Below are positions 59,840 to 64,000 of a stretch of 64,000 bases of DNA, piece by piece. The stretch's first letter is position 1; each line of letters starts with the position of its first letter. The position numbers and the translations under genes were made by a program. The stretch is from the human T2T-CHM13v2.0 reference genome, Homo sapiens, in the NCBI GenBank assembly GCA_009914755.4, contig CP086569.2:18656001-18720000 (forward strand). Reading direction: 5' to 3'. The notes under the pieces are model-generated. The model was given only the letters and a program-made list of their open reading frames with translations. It was not told where the DNA came from and did no database searches.

Positions 59840-60215
59840 TAATCTCGCGGTCCTGCCTCATTACTTTTCATCCCTAGTGTTTGAGTCCCAGCCCTCCAGC
59901 CACCTTTGAGTTGTGCCTAGGTCACGGTCCTCGTCCATGCCTCAGAACGGCGAAGAGAGGAGGCTTGCATGTTTGATAGAAAACCTACTTGGGATTGTGA
60001 GAGTGAGAGTGTTCAGCACGCTTGTTCCTCACCTGGGACACAGGCAGGTTTTTGAGGACGGAGATTCCCCCTCATCTTGGACCTGCATCTGTCCTGTGCA
60101 CTCAACTCTGGCCATGGCGGGGCGAAGGAGGCGGCCTGGGAGGAAGCTGATGATGGGAGGAAGCTGGCGCCTACTGACTCAGGAATACACAACTGCCCCT
60201 CGTCGGGGACAGGTA
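59840..60215. promoter_or_regulatory. Eroded CpG-island remnant between the divergent TRAPPC2-like (minus) and OFD1-like (plus) pseudogenes, corresponding to the X-linked bidirectional promoter; it contains an ATGATGG remnant of the OFD1 exon 1 start
   Basis: The only CpG-dense segment in the window: about 14 CpG in 380 bp, GC about 55%, obs/exp about 0.5 (cgcggtcc, cacggtcctcgtcc, aacggcgaag, ggcggggcgaaggaggcggcc, ggcgcc, ctcgtcgggg). ATGATGG at 60150 matches OFD1 MMAQ start codons but the following sequence is rearranged (gggaggaagctg duplicated). It sits 140-200 bp upstream of OFD1 pseudo-exon 2. Confidence 0.45.
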
Positions 60216-60355
60216 GAAATGAAGTCTTGTTGATGTTCCATAATACCTCTTTCCCTGCTAGGCCACTCAGGGTGTCCCCAGAGACCAGTGATCTTTTTTC
60301 CTTCCTTCACCTTTCCTCTATCCCCCAGATAACCTGTAATCATTTTGTCTTCTAG

Positions 60356-60454
60356 TCCAACTTGCTCCTCATGTCTGACGTGTTGAGTCAAGATGAGCTG
60401 CGAGAAAAGCTACACCAAACGTTGAAGGATCGGGGTGTACTGGGCACACTCAAG
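60356..60454 (+). pseudogene. OFD1P: OFD1 pseudogene, exon 2 homologue (33 codons, open), with intact acceptor ttttgtcttctag| and donor |gtatcg
   Basis: TCCAACTTGCTCCTCATGTCTGACGTGTTGAGTCAAGATGAGCTGCGAGAAAAGCTACACCAAACGTTGAAGGATCGGGGTGTACTGGGCACACTCAAG translates to [33 protein letters not shown]. Human OFD1 residues 5-37 are [33 protein letters not shown] (24 of 33 identical), an exact exon 2 equivalent. Confidence 0.88.
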
Positions 60455-61499
60455 TATCGGATTTAGGTTTATCTGTTCCATAACTTTTAAAAGTGTAACC
60501 TGTAACAAGTAGTTCACATTTAAATTCATCCAATGTTTGGGTTTCAAAACTCTACCCTGAAATATTACAGTCTCTTTGAATCCATTGAGAAAATGTTGCA
60601 TTTGAATCGACTTTAAGGAGACTGTTCAAATAATTAATTGAACCCACAATAAGATAGGAGCAGAAAGCATTTATATAATGAACATGTTTTAGTAAGATTA
60701 GGCCTGTTTTATAAATCTGGCTTACAGGTTGCTAAACTGACAAGTGGGTTTGTAATAAATTAGGATGAGGAACATTAACACCATATAGAAAACACTAATG
60801 TGCTGTTTTAATAGTCTGGGAATGAACAGCTTCATCTTTAAACTATATTGATATGCCTGACTATTTAATTTGAGCAGCAAATATCTGTAGGTATGCTTTA
60901 TGTTTGGATTAACAGCTAGGAATAACATTAACTCAACGTGTTTTCATTGCAATATGTATTTCAAAAGCATATTTTACATTCAAAATATTTAGATATATCT
61001 TGTATATATGTCCTTTTTAAATTTAAATTATATGGTGTGAGCATTTCTCTGTTTCCTTAAAAGTTTCTTGAAATCCTCATCTTTAGTGGTAACAGATTTA
61101 TCTTTGGAAATTTTTGTAACACACGAGCAGTCCCTTGCTGAATATTTTGGTTATATTTTCCAACAGTCCACAGAGGTGCGAAGAAATGGCAGAATTTTTT
61201 CTTATACTTCATAGCCCAAGCGTAAGCTACTGAAATGGGCTTCTAGGGAGTGAAGTGAAGAGTCTGCAAATGGGTCTGGCTAATCATCAGTTTCACTTGG
61301 AAGCTGAGGAAATAAACATTTTTCTACAACACACTGGCCTTCTTGTCTCAGGGCATAAGACTTCTGCAGGGGAAGGTTCCTAACTTCTGGCCATGGATCT
61401 AGCAACATTATGGAAATAAAAGGAAGTTTTCCAATGAATATAACACATCTGTGTATATCTCTACTGAGAAAATCCCACTGAAGTTTTTTTTTTTTAACT

Positions 61500-61670
61500 T
61501 GTCTGACTTCCCTCCTTCCTTCCTTCTTTCCTTCCTTCTTTCTTTCCTTCCTTCTTTTCTTTCTTCCTTCCTTTCTTCCTTTCTCCTTTCCTCCCTTTCT
61601 CCCTCCCTCCCTTTATTTCTTCCTCCATTCTGTTTTTATTTTTTTCCTTTCTTTCTTCCTTCCTCCATGG
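61500..61670. repeat. About 170-bp (TTCC)n/(CTTC)n polypyrimidine microsatellite (the complement of GGAA) ending 4 bp before the OFD1 pseudo-exon 3 acceptor
   Basis: cttccctccttccttccttctttccttccttctttctttccttccttcttttctttcttccttcctttcttcctttctcctttcctccctttctccctccctccc...tttcctttctttcttccttcctccatggcaag|ACACAA. Confidence 0.95.
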
Positions 61671-61674
61671 CAAG

Positions 61675-61875
61675 ACACAAATTCAAAACCAGCTAATCTA
61701 TGAGTAGATGCACCCTGAATTGAATGGAACATTGCAATCTCCGTTCATTTCAGTGCAAGGGAACTCCCTCTTACTAGCAGCCTCTAACTCTTCAGTGGCC
61801 GATCACTAACAAAGATGTGGCTATGAGTCTTCACTTTCTGTTTTCTTTCCAGAAATTGGTTTAGCAAAAGAAAAT
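61675..61875 (+). pseudogene. OFD1P: OFD1 pseudogene, exon 3 homologue (67 codons, LisH-domain region) with two in-frame stop codons, TAG at 61705-61707 and TAA at 61807-61809; acceptor cag present, donor gtaatg present
   Basis: Translates to [65 protein letters not shown]. Human OFD1 has [67 protein letters not shown]; same length and collinear, 48 of 67 identical. Confidence 0.9.
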
Positions 61876-62484
61876 GTAATGAATTTCCTTTTCTGTTTTG
61901 AACTTTTTATTAACAGTTTTTTCTTGGCAGACTCTAACATGCTGCATTATAGCTAACTGCTTTTAAACTAGTTCTGTTTCTCATTCCTCTTTGAATTTAC
62001 ATCGTACCTGCACATAATACATTTGCTATATAACAAGTGGGTACTAAATTTGGAATTAATTTCTTGGTATCCCATTTAGTCTTTTGTAAAATTGTGATCT
62101 ACAATCTCTACAGCTTTAAGAGCTAAAACTGATTTATCTATTTTCCATGTTATTTAATAAGACTTTGCCAATCTGCTGAATGTTTGCTCTGAGCTTGGCA
62201 CTGCGATAAACACATGACAGATGTTTAGCGTGTTACAGATGAGGAACCAGACTGTGGAGAGGTGAATCAAGTAACTTAAGTGATGTAATTCTTAAAAATC
62301 TGTAAAGTTTCCTAATAATAAAGACACTCTCATTTTATTTCTTAGTACATTTCTAATTATTTGAACTATATTTCTCCACCATTATTGTTGAACAGTCATC
62401 CCAGTTTATTACTTTAAAGGTAGATGCAGCAAAGTTTCCCTGTGAATATGTGTGTGTGTTGTTGGCGGGGTGGTGTTTGTAGAC

Positions 62485-62760
62485 TTTGTTTTTTAGAGCA
62501 GTTTTTAGTTCACAGCCAGGTAGATGGAGAAGTACAAAGAGTTCCTATACACCCAGTGCTCCTACACATGCACAGTCTTTCCCACTGTCAACATCTTTCA
62601 TCAAGGTGGTACATTTTCTGCAATTGATAAACCTACCTTGACATGTCATTATTCCCAGTCTATCGTTTACATTAAATTTCACTCTTGGTGGTGTGTGTAT
62701 ATCTTTATTTTCTTTATGTTGTCATAGTTATCTAAAGATTTCATATTCCAAATTTTAAGG
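62485..62760 (+). mobile_element. Fragment resembling an old L1 (L1PB/L1MA-type) 5'UTR
   Basis: ttgttttttagagcagtttttagttcacagccaggtagatggagaagtacaaagagttcctatacacccagtgctcctacacatgcacagtctttcccactgtcaacatc...ggtggtacattttctgcaattgataaacctaccttgacatgtcattattcccagtctatcgtttacattaaatttcactcttggtg resembles the dispersed ttttagagcagttttaggttcacagcaaaattgag...tatcaacatcccccaccagagtggtacatttgttacaattgatgaacctacattgacacatcattatcacccaaagtccatagtttacattagggttcactcttggtg repeat. Confidence 0.5.
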
Positions 62761-62786
62761 ACACAAGAAGCTTGGTATTGTAATTA

Positions 62787-63074
62787 TTTTCTTTGAGATG
62801 GAGTATCACTCTGTTGCTCAGGCTGGAGTGTAGTGGCATGATCTCGGGGTGCAAACTTTGCCTCCTGGGTTCAAGCAATTCTCCCACCTCAGCCGCTCAA
62901 GTAGCTGTAATTACAGGTGCTCACCCAAGTACCCAGCTAATTTTTGTATTTCTAGTAGAGGTGGGGTTTCACCATGTTGGCCAGGTTTGTCTTGAACTCC
63001 TGATCTCAAGTGATCCATTTGCCTCAGCCTCCAAAAGTGCAGGGATTACAAATGTGAGCCACAATGCCTGGGCT
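62787..63074 (-). mobile_element. Alu (antisense)
   Basis: ttttctttgagatggagtatcactctgttgctcaggctggagtgtagtggcatgatctcggggtgcaaactttgcctcctgggttcaagcaattctcccacctcagcc...ccaaaagtgcagggattacaaatgtgagccacaatgcctgggc. Confidence 0.88.
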
Positions 63075-63169
63075 TAGTACAGTATTTGAATGAAAATTTT
63101 AAGCATGTTGAGTTTCCTCATAAGCAACCAAACTTTACTTATCGGTTTTATAAGTGTATTTATTTACCT

Positions 63170-63468
63170 ATTTATTTTTTAGTAGTAGTGTCTCACTCTG
63201 TCACCAAGTCTGAAGGGCAGCGGTATAATCTCAGCTTACTGCAATAACTGTCTGCTGGGTTCAGGCAATTATACTACTGCAGCCTTTCAAGCGGCTGGGA
63301 GTACAGGCACACACCACCACATTCTGCTATTTTTTTTTTTTTTTTTTTTATAGATACTGGGTTTCTTATGGTGGGCAGTGTTGTTTTGAATTCTGAGCTC
63401 ATGTCATCTGCCCGCTTAGCATGCCCAAGTGCTGTAATTACAACTGTGAGTCATTGTGCCTTGTCTGG
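63170..63468 (-). mobile_element. Alu (antisense, diverged) with an internal T18 linker
   Basis: ttttttagtagtagtgtctcactctgtcaccaagtctgaagggcagcggtataatctcagcttactgcaataac...ctgggagtacaggcacacaccaccac...tttttttttttttttttt...cccaagtgctgtaattacaactgtgagtcattgtgcc. Confidence 0.8.
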
Positions 63469-64000
63469 AATTCATCTTTGATATATCTTTCTCTAATTTC
63501 ATAATCACTCCATATTCTACTTATTGTGTAATTACCAGTTGTATAATTCTTATAACAGGAATTCATCCTGCTCAAACAACTTAATGGTTTCTCCTAATAG
63601 AAGATGCCAATGCTAAATGTTTTCTTTGAAGGAAATCCATTTGAAAACATATCAGTGTTCTCAGAGTAGACATAATTATTGATATATACTGTAGTAGAAA
63701 CAGATATAAATAGCTGCCCAAAATGTCTGTTTGAGAGTATTTTAAGTGCATTTTAATCATGATTGTAAAGACAGTGAAAATTCAGTTTATTTAAATTTTA
63801 AACACTACTTTCAAAAAAATGTAATTGAATGACATTTGACGTAAAATACTTAGAGGTTAATTACATGATCAAGAAAGATATTTTATTATTTTGACCTCAC
63901 TATGTTTTTGTAATGTATCTAACAGTGTAAGAAAGAGCTTCAATTTTGCTTTGTAATCTTATTTTTTTGAAGGATGTTTCTTAATCTCATATTCATAAAT

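Noticed and set aside
61876-64000. Searched for OFD1 exon 4 ([34 protein letters not shown]) downstream of pseudo-exon 3.
   Set aside because: No collinear block was found in any frame; the remaining 2.1 kb is an L1 5'UTR-like fragment, two Alus and AT-rich unique sequence. Exon 4 presumably lies beyond the window or is deleted.

Overview
This window is primate (human-type) nuclear DNA, not a prokaryotic or phage locus. It is AT-rich and well over half of it is interspersed repeats: about 27 Alu elements or fragments, at least five LINE-1 copies of different ages, one probable solo LTR and one MER20-like DNA-transposon relic. There are no operons, CRISPR arrays, tRNA genes or intact protein-coding genes, and most ORFs in the supplied track are L1 ORF1/ORF2 fragments or translations across Alu, L1 5'UTR or pseudogene antisense strands. 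The main find is at 48.4-61.9 kb: an unprocessed, head-to-head pseudogene pair derived from the X-linked neighbours TRAPPC2 (sedlin, minus strand) and OFD1 (plus strand), with an eroded CpG-rich bidirectional promoter remnant between them at about 59.8-60.2 kb. Introns, splice sites and the X-linked gene order are retained, and both copies are disabled: OFD1 exon 3 carries two in-frame stops and TRAPPC2 exon 3 is rearranged. This looks like a segmental duplication of Xp22.2, and by inference it resembles the known Y-linked OFD1P/SEDLP pseudogene clusters; which chromosome it comes from cannot be proven from sequence alone. Other notable items are a gamma-actin (ACTG1) processed pseudogene with a 31-nt tail and 12-bp target-site duplications inside an old L1, an L1PA copy with intact ends and TSDs but a 2.7-kb internal deletion carrying a duplicated junction motif, a young AluY with TSDs, a 580-bp almost pure A/T block, and long (GGAA)n and (TTCC)n tracts. 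The (TTCC)n tract directly abuts the OFD1 pseudo-exon 3 acceptor. Coordinates of repeats are approximate (within about 10-30 bp); exon coordinates were derived base by base.
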